Shown one piece after another: positions 20,013 to 28,246 of a stretch of 64,000 nt of DNA. Under the pieces are notes generated by a model. That model had not been told where the DNA came from and did not search any database. It worked only from the letters and a program-made list of their open reading frames with translations. Both the position numbers and the translations under genes were made by a program. This DNA comes from an uncultured Muribaculaceae bacterium (lineage in GTDB: Bacteria > Bacillota_I > Bacilli_A > RF39 > UBA660), in the NCBI GenBank assembly GCA_964560085.1, contig CAZLKF010000006.1:13398-77397 (forward strand), written 5' to 3'. The number at the start of each line of letters is the position of its first letter. Position 1 is the stretch's first letter.

Positions 20013-20435
20013 ATGAAAGAATCAGTATGGGGATACTTAGTAATTATAATAGGAATAGTTTTGATATTTTTAATCTTCTTTTTTCAGAATACAACAAATA
20101 TTGATGAACACAATATGTCATTGTTAAAAGAAACAAGTGAAGCATCTATGAACGATGCAATAGATTGGGAAACATATAAGAATAATGGCGCGGTTAGAAT
20201 AGACCAAGGAATATTTATTGAGAGTTTTATTCGCCGATTTGCAGAAAATGCAATGTTGTCATCTACTTATAAAATTGAATTTTATAAAGTTCAAGAAGAA
20301 CCACCACTTGTAAATATAAGAATATTAAGTAGTGAAACAACAACTGCAACAGGACAACCTGTAACATTTACATTAACAAATACAATTAATGCGATATTGG
20401 AAACAGATACTACAATTGTAGTTGAAGCAGAATAA
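20013..20435 (+). CDS. Small N-terminally anchored protein (pilin-like/TadE-like, or a VirB8-like accessory)
   Basis: RBS aagaaggtga. Short leader MKESVWG then a 20-residue hydrophobic helix and a ~110-aa soluble domain. Confidence 0.5.
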   Translation: MKESVWGYLVIIIGIVLIFLIFFFQNTTNIDEHNMSLLKETSEASMNDAIDWETYKNNGAVRIDQGIFIESFIRRFAENAMLSSTYKIEFYKVQEEPPLVNIRILSSETTTATGQPVTFTLTNTINAILETDTTIVVEAE

Positions 20436-20451
20436 AAAGGGAGGAATTTTT

Positions 20452-21396
20452 ATGAATCAGAATTTAAATAATCAACAACCGAGAATTAATGCTGTTCCTA
20501 ATCAACAACAGTATCAGCAACAACAAACTCAAGGGCAGAATGTTCGCCCACCGATGCCTCAAAATCAGAATGTTGGGCAATTTATTAAGCCTACTCCTCA
20601 ACAACCTGTCAAAAAGAAGAAGAAAAGAATCAGTAAAGAATTAGTAACAATAATTGGCGTAATTTTAATTGTTGGTATCATTTATTTTGCTTACAATTAT
20701 CAATTAAATAAGGATTTAGAAATCACTAATAAAGTTCCAACAGCAAAATTAAAAATATCCGCTGGTCAACAAATTACAGCAGAAGATATTACAACAATTG
20801 ATGTTCCTGCATCTGTTTTGAAAGAAACTAATGCAATAATGACATTAGATCAAGTAATCAATAAATATGTAAATATTGATACAGTAATTCCTGAAGGTTC
20901 GTTCTTTTATTCATCAGCATTAACAGATGAAGAACCATCACCAGATGCAATTTTTAAAGAGTTAGGTGAAAATCAAGTGGCAGTTACCATTGCTGTTGAT
21001 TTAGAAAGTACATATGGCAATTCAATTATGCCGGGTAATTTTGTGGACATCTATGTTCGTGCTAATAAAATAAACTCTAAAGGAAACATTGAATATTTAA
21101 TAGGTCCACTTGTTTATAATGCTAAAGTTTTAGCAGTTAAAGATTCTAGTGGTAAAAGTGTGTTTGCTGATAAAGATGCTTTTGGAGTACCAAATATGTT
21201 TATATTTGGTATGGATGCTAATATTAATACAATAATGCTAAAAGCTAAATTATTAGGATCAACCGAGTATAATCTTGAATTATTCCCTGTCGTTAATTCA
21301 AAGTTTGATATTGCCGAAAATGAAACAATGTTGAGTCAAAATGAAATAAAAGATTTAATCGAAAATGCAACAGTCAAAATAGAAGATGAGGAATAA
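20452..21396 (+). CDS. CpaB/RcpC-like pilus assembly protein (SAF-like domain) with Gln/Pro-rich N-terminal extension
   Basis: RBS gggagg then the ATG at 20452. Q/P-rich 55 aa, K-rich stop-transfer, one TM. VPTAKLKISAGQQITAEDITTIDVP...IPEGSFF resembles the CpaB SAF-domain pattern. Lies immediately upstream of the CpaF-like ATPase. Confidence 0.6.
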   Translation: MNQNLNNQQPRINAVPNQQQYQQQQTQGQNVRPPMPQNQNVGQFIKPTPQQPVKKKKKRISKELVTIIGVILIVGIIYFAYNYQLNKDLEITNKVPTAKLKISAGQQITAEDITTIDVPASVLKETNAIMTLDQVINKYVNIDTVIPEGSFFYSSALTDEEPSPDAIFKELGENQVAVTIAVDLESTYGNSIMPGNFVDIYVRANKINSKGNIEYLIGPLVYNAKVLAVKDSSGKSVFADKDAFGVPNMFIFGMDANINTIMLKAKLLGSTEYNLELFPVVNSKFDIAENETMLSQNEIKDLIENATVKIEDEE

Positions 21397-22505
21397 TGAC
21401 AGATTCATTATTCGCTCAAATAGATTTTGGCTCTTTAGATCAATATCTAAAAGATGACGACGTAACTGACATCTCATATACCAATAATGGTCAGTTATGG
21501 ATAAAAACATTGTCTAAAGGAATAAACAGGGAAGACAATAAAGAAATAACCAATGCTTTAATGGAAAAAATTGCCTTTCAATGTTCTAACATTATGGGCA
21601 AAAGTTTTAATTCGGCTAATCCATTTTTAGATGCAGAAGGCTCAGAAATTCGTCTTAATTTTGTTCACGATTCTGTTGCCAAAAATGGAATTGCCTGCGT
21701 TATAAGAAAAACACCAGCGAAAATAAGATTACAAAAAGAGAAAATTTTAGCTGATGATTATATTACTTTAGATGTTCATGAATTTTTAATGAAAGCAGTG
21801 CTTGGACATTGCAATATTATTGTATGCGGAGAAACTGGTAGTGGAAAAACTGAATTTGTTAAATATTTGGCATCTAAGATAAGAGAAAATGAAAAAATAA
21901 TTACAGTTGAAGATACACTAGAATTACATTTAGATAAAATATTTCCTGAACGTGATATTGTTGCTATGAAAACTAATAATATTGTTTCATACAGTGACAT
22001 TTTAGTAACTTGTATGCGCCAAAATCCTAAATGGATATTATTGTCAGAGGTACGTAGTGCTGAAGCTGTTATGGCGGTTCGCAACTCTATTTCATCAGGA
22101 CATTATATTTTATCAACTATTCATGCAGATAAAGCTTCATCAATACCTAATCGTATGTATAGCTTACTTGAAACTAATCAAGACATTGATCAATTTTTAA
22201 AATCAGTTTATCGTTACATACAATTAGGCGTATATATAAGAGGATATCAAGACCCTGCAACTAAAAGTTTCAAACGTGAAATTGCGGAAGTAACCGAATT
22301 TTATGTTGATGAAGATAATAATGCTATATATAATACAATCTATAAAAAATCGACAACAGGCAAAGTAGTAAAAAAGGCTCCATCAAAAAATTTAATTGAA
22401 TATCTTGATGCTCAAGGTGTTGTTTTAGAAAGTAATGCAATAATTCCAACGGAGGATCCAAAGCAAAACGAATTAATCGACGATACTGAAGTATTGTTTA
22501 TGTAG
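21396..22505 (+). CDS. CpaF/TadA-type secretion ATPase (GspE/VirB11 superfamily)
   Basis: Walker A GETGSGKTE, Asp box ITVEDTLEL, Walker B WILLSEVR, His box ILSTIHA. Start overlaps the upstream stop (TAATG). Confidence 0.88.
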   Translation: MTDSLFAQIDFGSLDQYLKDDDVTDISYTNNGQLWIKTLSKGINREDNKEITNALMEKIAFQCSNIMGKSFNSANPFLDAEGSEIRLNFVHDSVAKNGIACVIRKTPAKIRLQKEKILADDYITLDVHEFLMKAVLGHCNIIVCGETGSGKTEFVKYLASKIRENEKIITVEDTLELHLDKIFPERDIVAMKTNNIVSYSDILVTCMRQNPKWILLSEVRSAEAVMAVRNSISSGHYILSTIHADKASSIPNRMYSLLETNQDIDQFLKSVYRYIQLGVYIRGYQDPATKSFKREIAEVTEFYVDEDNNAIYNTIYKKSTTGKVVKKAPSKNLIEYLDAQGVVLESNAIIPTEDPKQNELIDDTEVLFM

Positions 22506-22519
22506 AAAGAGGTGATACT

Positions 22520-23425
22520 ATGCCAGCAATAGTAATGGTTGTCATTGCAATGATATTGCTTTATATGTTTATTTATTGGAATAATGCTGGTAAAGGTGTA
22601 TACAACGCAATTGTTGAAAAAATTGGTGTTGCCTATGAAAAGTATGCACCTTATTCTTTTAAACAAATCCGAGAAAAAATAAAACAATTAGGGCAAGAAT
22701 ATACTATAAGACAATATACTATTCAAGTTGTTGGCTTTGCAGGGGCAGCATTTATAATTTCCTATATTTATTTTTACAGCATTATCATAAGTTTAATATA
22801 TGCATTTGCAGCGATTTTTGCTGTTCCTTATTTGTCATATTTACGTTGTAAGAGGTTATATAGTGAATTTGTATTTGAGCAAATTCAAATATATACAACA
22901 AATACAATAATGGAGTTTTCAACTACACAGGCATTTGTGCGAACAATTGAAGGAGTTTATGAATCAGGAGTTCTAGAAGATCCAATTAAAAGCGATGTTA
23001 AAGTCATGATTGATTTGGCTTATAAAAATGGTTCAATTGAAGAATCAATAGAATATTTCAACAGCAAATATGATTATTATATTGTTAAGAATATGCATCA
23101 ACTATTTTTGCAAATAACTAACGAAGGTTCAAAAGATTCAGCGTTAGCTTTAGAAAACATGGCTTCTGACATTGATATGTTAGTTGAAGCTGTTTATCGC
23201 GACCGAATGGATAGAGCAAAATTTCATAAAAAATTTGTGCAATTCGGTTGCATATTATATTGTATGGTGATATTAGTAGAATATTTAATTGGGCGTGATA
23301 CTTATATAGATCTCGTTAACAATAATATTTTAGTTAATATTTTACTTCACTTTATTTTAATTGGTAATACATATTTCTTACTTAATGGTGAAAAATATTA
23401 TAATGAGAATGTAGGTGCTGAGTAA
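22520..23425 (+). CDS. TadB-like platform membrane protein (T2SSF/GspF-like)
   Basis: Topology of N-terminal TM, TM pair, ~130-aa cytoplasmic helical domain, then two C-terminal TMs. Sits after the CpaF-like ATPase. Paralogous layout to the next ORF. Confidence 0.65.
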   Translation: MPAIVMVVIAMILLYMFIYWNNAGKGVYNAIVEKIGVAYEKYAPYSFKQIREKIKQLGQEYTIRQYTIQVVGFAGAAFIISYIYFYSIIISLIYAFAAIFAVPYLSYLRCKRLYSEFVFEQIQIYTTNTIMEFSTTQAFVRTIEGVYESGVLEDPIKSDVKVMIDLAYKNGSIEESIEYFNSKYDYYIVKNMHQLFLQITNEGSKDSALALENMASDIDMLVEAVYRDRMDRAKFHKKFVQFGCILYCMVILVEYLIGRDTYIDLVNNNILVNILLHFILIGNTYFLLNGEKYYNENVGAE

Positions 23426-24231
23426 TGGATATAGTAGAAATATTATTAGTTGGTGGCGTTCCTGCTATTCTTGTTATAATTCTAGTTGCTAATGGAGTTT
23501 TAACCTCCGAAGGAATTACTAAAGAGATAGTGCCGATTTTTAAATTTTTAATGGAAAAAGATTATCAATTTTTACTAGAACTTCGTTATGGTGCTGGCAT
23601 TGATGTTAATGAATTGTTTGGAAAAAGACTTCTAACAGCAGGAATAACATTTGCCTTTATGATTCTAATTTTGGCTTTAGTTGGGCAATTAACTTTAATA
23701 TATGCATTTGCTGCTATTGCTGTTGCTTATCTTATGTATAAGCAAGCTTATAGCAAGTTAAAATCTTACTATAAACGAAACTTGAGCAAAATAAATCAGA
23801 TGTTGCCATATTATTTAAAAAGTTTAGAAATTCTTGTTCAACACTATACGGTGCCTGTTGCTATTGCAAAATCTGTAAATACCGCACCACCGATTTTCAA
23901 AGATGGATTAAAACAACTTATAAAAAGAATCGATGATGGTGAATCAACAGTTGATCCATATATGGAATTTGCTAAAACTTATCCAGTAAGAGACTCAATG
24001 CGTATGATGCGACTTCTATATCGTTTAAGTTTAGGATCACAAGAAAGCAAGCAAGAACAATTGGCTTTATTTTCAAGAAATGTTTCTGTTCTTCAAAATA
24101 AGGCACGTGAGCAAAAATACCAAGAGCGATTAGATCAAATGGAGAGTAAGACAATGATTATGTTAACCTGCACTGGTGGTGGAATTTTAGCTTTATTAAT
24201 GTTTGCAATGTTAAGTATGATGTCAATATAA
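23425..24231 (+). CDS. TadC-like platform membrane protein (T2SSF/GspF-like)
   Basis: Same topology as the previous ORF. QMLPYYLKSLEILVQHYTVPVAIAKS resembles the T2SSF motif (lP..l..l...v.aG.s...Al). ATGA-type start/stop overlap. Confidence 0.65.
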   Translation: MDIVEILLVGGVPAILVIILVANGVLTSEGITKEIVPIFKFLMEKDYQFLLELRYGAGIDVNELFGKRLLTAGITFAFMILILALVGQLTLIYAFAAIAVAYLMYKQAYSKLKSYYKRNLSKINQMLPYYLKSLEILVQHYTVPVAIAKSVNTAPPIFKDGLKQLIKRIDDGESTVDPYMEFAKTYPVRDSMRMMRLLYRLSLGSQESKQEQLALFSRNVSVLQNKAREQKYQERLDQMESKTMIMLTCTGGGILALLMFAMLSMMSI

Positions 24232-24286
24232 TTGAAATAACGAGAAAAAGTGTTATAATAATTTTATAAGGTAGGGTGGTGATAAA

Positions 24287-24493
24287 ATGAAAGAAGCGTC
24301 AGGAGAAGCAAATATGACAGTAATTACAATCGTTTTAATTGGCTTAGTTGCAGCCGTTGGAGCAGTTTTAATACCAAGATTATTAAATTCAACATCAGCC
24401 CAAGCTTGTTGTTCATCAGCGGGTGGAACATGGACAGGCGGAGCGTGTACAGGACACAATGCTGCAAACTACAATGCATGCGTAAATGGATAA
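24287..24493 (+). CDS. Small pilin-like protein (68 aa) with Cys-rich C-terminal tail; candidate major pilin
   Basis: Strong RBS gggtggtga. Leader MKEASG, hydrophobic MTVITIVLIGLVAAVGAVLIP, tail AQACCSSAGGTWTGGACTGHNAANYNACVNG (4 Cys). Position equals that of flp in Tad loci. Confidence 0.55.
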   Translation: MKEASGEANMTVITIVLIGLVAAVGAVLIPRLLNSTSAQACCSSAGGTWTGGACTGHNAANYNACVNG

Positions 24494-24507
24494 TAAGAAG
24501 GTGAATT

Positions 24508-24966
24508 ATGCGAGAAGCGACCGGACAAGCAAGTCTTATGAATATAATGCTAACAATTATAGGCGTAATTATTCTGCTTTTGGCCGGATCTATCGCATAT
24601 AGTAAAGCATTTAGAGTAAAGAATAAAATAATTGATATAATTGAAAAAAACAACGTTTATGATGGTGATGCTAGGATAATAATTGATGAAGCATTGTTGG
24701 ATATTGGATATCGTTTGCGCGATTCATCAATATCAATGACGGAAATGTGTCATAGTAATGATGGATATACGTTAATTCAAAGTTGGCAATCAAATTACTT
24801 GTATTGCGTATATAAATCAAATAATTCTACTAGTGAAGAATATTATTATAAAGTTGTAACTTTTATGTATTTTGATTTGCCAGTTATTGGTTCTTATATT
24901 AGAATACCTGTATCTGGTGAAACAAAAATTCTTTATCGCGATTCAGATTGGAAAACAGTTGATTAA
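24508..24966 (+). CDS. TadE-like / minor-pilin-like protein
   Basis: RBS aagaaggtga. Leader MREATG plus hydrophobic helix. Paralogous to 25024..25446 (shared AYSKAFRV/SYTKAFKV, IIEK, IGY, and a C-terminal beta-rich region). Confidence 0.5.
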   Translation: MREATGQASLMNIMLTIIGVIILLLAGSIAYSKAFRVKNKIIDIIEKNNVYDGDARIIIDEALLDIGYRLRDSSISMTEMCHSNDGYTLIQSWQSNYLYCVYKSNNSTSEEYYYKVVTFMYFDLPVIGSYIRIPVSGETKILYRDSDWKTVD

Positions 24967-24978
24967 CTGTTTTTTTTT
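24953..24978 (+). terminator. Intrinsic terminator inside the array, right after the pilin-like genes
   Basis: Hairpin aaacagtt-gatt-aactgttt followed by a T-run. The stop codon lies in the loop. Confidence 0.65.
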
Positions 24979-24989
24979 GAACATAAATA

Positions 24990-24998
24990 TGCTATAAT
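24990..24998 (+). promoter_or_regulatory. Extended -10 promoter element (TGcTATAAT)
   Basis: tgctataat lies 26 nt upstream of the TTG start at 25024. No good -35. Confidence 0.4.
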
Positions 24999-25023
24999 TA
25001 AAAAAGAATAGAGAGTGGTTATA

Positions 25024-25446
25024 TTGAAAAAAGCTGTTGGTGGCGTATATATCTATAATTTAGTAATCGTTTTTTTACTAATCGCCTTTGCTTTTGTTTG
25101 TGCTTTACTCAGTTACACCAAAGCTTTCAAAGTCAGCAAAAGTATTTCATCAATAATTGAAAAAAGTTCAGGGTATAATTCAGTTAGTCAAAAAAGCATA
25201 GAGCAATATCTAAACTCCATTGGTTATCAAGTAGTTATAACCGAACCCGCAAAATGCCCAACAAAAAATGGTCGTGCAGCCTCAGATGTTTTTAAGGGTG
25301 TATGTATTTATGAAATTTCTGACAAGAATAATAATAAATATATTAATTATGGAATAGTTTCATATATGACTATCGACTTTCCAATAATTGATTTAATAAA
25401 AGTTCCTGTTTATATAGAAACAGAAAGAATATATGTGTTTAATTAA
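25024..25446 (+). CDS. TadE-like / minor-pilin-like protein (paralogue of 24508..24966)
   Basis: A TTG start at 25024 behind gagagtgg gives leader MKKAVG plus hydrophobic helix, matching the other pilin-like leaders. The ORF-track GTG at 25015 overlaps the RBS. Confidence 0.5.
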   Translation: MKKAVGGVYIYNLVIVFLLIAFAFVCALLSYTKAFKVSKSISSIIEKSSGYNSVSQKSIEQYLNSIGYQVVITEPAKCPTKNGRAASDVFKGVCIYEISDKNNNKYINYGIVSYMTIDFPIIDLIKVPVYIETERIYVFN

Positions 25447-25499
25447 AGGTAAGGAAGCTTGCCTTTTTGACAATTTTAATAAAATTTCTTAAAAAGGAT

Positions 25500-25526
25500 T
25501 TGTAAACAAAAAAAATATGATATAAT
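25500..25526 (+). promoter_or_regulatory. Candidate promoter for the T4SS half (ttgtaa -35, extended -10 TGaTATAAT)
   Basis: ttgtaa, 15 nt, tataat with an upstream TG. Lies 49 nt upstream of the ATG at 25575. Confidence 0.4.
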
Positions 25527-25574
25527 TATCATGAATAATTGTGACGTTTTCATTTTGTTATTGGAGGTGCACTT

Positions 25575-27896
25575 ATGATATTAGGTGTCGATATAGTTTT
25601 TATATGTTTGAAGCTTTTACGTCAAATACTTGGAATTATTGACGGATATATATATACAGCAGCAGCAGAGATATATGGTTTAATGCTAGATATTGCTAGT
25701 GCTGAAGTTTTTACTAAGACAATGATTGATGAGATGGCTGGTCGTGTTTATCAATTGTTGGGTCTTGTTATGCTATTTAAACTTATATTTTCTTTTTTAA
25801 CTTATGTTATTAACCCAGAAGCTATGAATGATAAAACAAAAGGATTTGGCAATATTTTGAAAAAAATTGTCATTTCTTTGGGGTTAATAATTATAACTCC
25901 ATGGGCTTTTACTCAAAGCCGTAATTTACAAACATATATAATACAAGATGGATTGATAGAATATTTTGTTCATGGAACAGCCAACATTGATTCAATTGAT
26001 CCTGGCTATAATTTGATGTTTACTACAGCGAAACTTTTTATTACGCCATATCAATGTGCCAATGAAGCTGAAGGTGGTTGCAGTCAGTGTGCTACTGATA
26101 ATATTTTGCAATCACCAGATAAAACAGGAAAGCCATGCAAAATCTGTGACGGAGAAAAAGCAGATTGGGAGAAACATGTCACAACTTCAGGAGAAGCTGG
26201 TCGATGTGCTTTTGGAAGCACATCTGATGCAAAGGGGCATAATATTACTGCCTATGGGGAACAGCTAATACGAGCAGTTACCCCAGCACCTACTAATCGT
26301 GGACAAGGATATGATTTGATAGCGTTAATGGGATTAAGCGGTTATGGAGAAAATTCTCAATTTTATGTTGAGTTGCGATATCCTCTTATTGGAACGACTT
26401 TAGTTGGTATTGCTATTGGTTATATGTTAATTGTAATGTGTATTGATATTGCAGTTCGTTCTGTCAAATTATCTTTCTATGAGATAATAGCACCAATTCC
26501 AATTATGTCATATATAGGTTTTAAAGATGGAAAAGATGCAATGATTTCGAAGTGGTTTAGTCAGGTTTTAAAAACGTATGCTGACTTGTTTACACGTGTT
26601 TTGGCATTACAATTTTCTGTCGCATTTATCGGAATGTTAATAAAAAATGGTGTCTCACAAAATAGTTTTTTTGTAACATTATTCTTAATTATAGGCGCTT
26701 TAACTTTTGCAAAACAATTACCTAATATTTTAAAGGATATTGGTATTAACTTTGAAGGTGGCGGATTCAGCTTAAAGAAAAAACTTCGTGATGACATGGC
26801 TGGAGGTCGTGCCTTAAATGCAGCTGCAGGAGCAGCTGGAGGTTTGGCTGCTAATGCGGCACACAAGGTTGGTGCGGTAGGAAAAAGGACTTTTGGATTT
26901 GCAAAAGATTTAAAAAATGGTAAGAGTTTAAAAGATTCGTATAAAGATAATTCTTTATTTGCAAAAAGACTTGCAAATGCAGGTAGGGCGTATAAACAAT
27001 CAAAAGCATCTGGCAATAATTTTTTGAAAAGTGCATTTTCTGCTTCCAAGGCAAATACACAATTTACCCGTGATCATGCTTCGGAAAAGGGTGGAAATCT
27101 TGTGGCTGGAGCTTTAAGTGGTGCTAGATCTGGATTGAAAGAAGAAAAACTAGATTTTGGAGCTATTACAAAAGGAGCAAAAAGCGCAAATGCCGGAAGA
27201 ATAGAAAGAGATAACGCATTAGAACAAGGTGCAACAGGAGCAGGTAGAACAATTTCTGGAATTCAACAATCTGTTGGTATAAAAACAGCTGCACAGAGGG
27301 CAGATGCAAGATTTAAAGCTAGGGAAGATTTACAAAAAAGTGTTGATAGTGTTGAAACTGAAATGGATAAAGAAGCAAGAAAACATAATGTTAATATTGG
27401 TACATTTGGTTTTAATGGAACTACTTTAGGAAATGAAGCTCAACATCAAGATTATGGTACGATAATGTCAGCAATTGAAACTGCACGTTCAGCTGGTAGA
27501 ACTAGTGTTAGATTAAGAGATAGTTCAGGAAGCTTTATTTCTGTACCGGATTCTGAATTTGCTCATTTAGAAAAAGAACTTAAAAAGACTATATTTGATA
27601 AAATGGCTGGTGGAAGTGCAACTTCTGGAAGTACAGGAGCCGCATATACAGTTGAAGCTAAAACAAATGCGATGCTTACACAGTTGGATTCTCAGCTAGA
27701 ATATGCTGAACGAAGTGGAAGCATGAATGATATGAGCGGCAGGGCAATTGCTGGAACTGCCCATGGAACAGATTATAAATCAAAAGTCGATGCTATCAAG
27801 AGTGCTAATACAGGCACATATATTGACAAGTCAACTGATAGTTACAGAAGAGCAGTAGCAAATGATGCTAATGCAAAAAAAGATGACAAAAAATAA
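25575..27896 (+). CDS. VirB6/TrbL/TcpH-like polytopic T4SS channel protein with Cys-rich loop and ~370-aa low-complexity tail
   Basis: RBS ggaggtg. 6-7 TMs in the first 400 aa. Loop with CxxC-x15-CxxC. C-terminal half is Ala/Gly/Lys/Ser-rich. Lies directly upstream of the VirB3/VirB4-like genes, as in Gram-positive T4SS loci. Confidence 0.6.
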   Translation: MILGVDIVFICLKLLRQILGIIDGYIYTAAAEIYGLMLDIASAEVFTKTMIDEMAGRVYQLLGLVMLFKLIFSFLTYVINPEAMNDKTKGFGNILKKIVISLGLIIITPWAFTQSRNLQTYIIQDGLIEYFVHGTANIDSIDPGYNLMFTTAKLFITPYQCANEAEGGCSQCATDNILQSPDKTGKPCKICDGEKADWEKHVTTSGEAGRCAFGSTSDAKGHNITAYGEQLIRAVTPAPTNRGQGYDLIALMGLSGYGENSQFYVELRYPLIGTTLVGIAIGYMLIVMCIDIAVRSVKLSFYEIIAPIPIMSYIGFKDGKDAMISKWFSQVLKTYADLFTRVLALQFSVAFIGMLIKNGVSQNSFFVTLFLIIGALTFAKQLPNILKDIGINFEGGGFSLKKKLRDDMAGGRALNAAAGAAGGLAANAAHKVGAVGKRTFGFAKDLKNGKSLKDSYKDNSLFAKRLANAGRAYKQSKASGNNFLKSAFSASKANTQFTRDHASEKGGNLVAGALSGARSGLKEEKLDFGAITKGAKSANAGRIERDNALEQGATGAGRTISGIQQSVGIKTAAQRADARFKAREDLQKSVDSVETEMDKEARKHNVNIGTFGFNGTTLGNEAQHQDYGTIMSAIETARSAGRTSVRLRDSSGSFISVPDSEFAHLEKELKKTIFDKMAGGSATSGSTGAAYTVEAKTNAMLTQLDSQLEYAERSGSMNDMSGRAIAGTAHGTDYKSKVDAIKSANTGTYIDKSTDSYRRAVANDANAKKDDKK

Positions 27897-27913
27897 AAAG
27901 GGAGGAATAAAAT

Positions 27914-28246
27914 ATGAATCAATTTTTAATACCTGCCAATTCAAAAAAATCAATGTTAATATTTGGACTATTCAATGTTACTGATTTGATAATATTTGGT
28001 TCAGGGCTCACAACAACGATGTTGTTGTTGGCTATAATTGGGCCAACTGAAACATTAGATACTTTTATTGTTTTAATACCGCTTTTGGTAACAACACTTT
28101 TAGTTGCCCCTGTTCCTTATTATCACAATGTACGAACAGCAATTAAATCAATATGGACATTTTTCTTGAATAGACAAGTATTTGTATGGAAAGGATGGTG
28201 CATTAGAGATGTCTACAACGACAACGAACAATCAGCAAAGAAGTAA
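27914..28246 (+). CDS. PrgI/TcpE/VirB3-like small two-TM protein
   Basis: RBS gggagg. ...MLIFGLFNVTDLIIFGSGL... then a second TM. Size and position immediately before VirB4 fit the family. Confidence 0.55.
   Translation: MNQFLIPANSKKSMLIFGLFNVTDLIIFGSGLTTTMLLLAIIGPTETLDTFIVLIPLLVTTLLVAPVPYYHNVRTAIKSIWTFFLNRQVFVWKGWCIRDVYNDNEQSAKK

Noticed and set aside
21776-22687. Minus-strand ORFs (102 and 91 aa) within the CpaF-like and TadB-like genes
   Set aside because: They are antisense shadow ORFs overlapping genes with unambiguous ATPase motifs.
24287-24493. The Cys-rich 68-aa peptide as a lanthipeptide, bacteriocin or RiPP precursor
   Set aside because: It has a central 20-residue transmembrane-type helix. 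No modification enzyme, transporter or immunity genes are adjacent. Its position matches a pilin gene in a Tad operon.
24253-24653. Minus-strand ORFs (68 and 109 aa) overlapping the pilin-like genes
   Set aside because: They are antisense to well-supported plus-strand genes with strong RBSs. There are no start signals, and the open frame reflects the locally GC-rich patch.
25446-25470. Terminator after the second TadE-like gene (aagg...cctt ttttt)
   Set aside because: Only a 4-bp stem can be drawn around the aagctt core. This is too weak to call.
26561-27060. Minus-strand ORFs of 162 and 69 aa inside the VirB6-like gene
   Set aside because: They are antisense to the Ala/Gly/Lys-rich tail, where GCN/GGN-rich codons leave the opposite strand open. 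They have no RBS and give low-complexity products.
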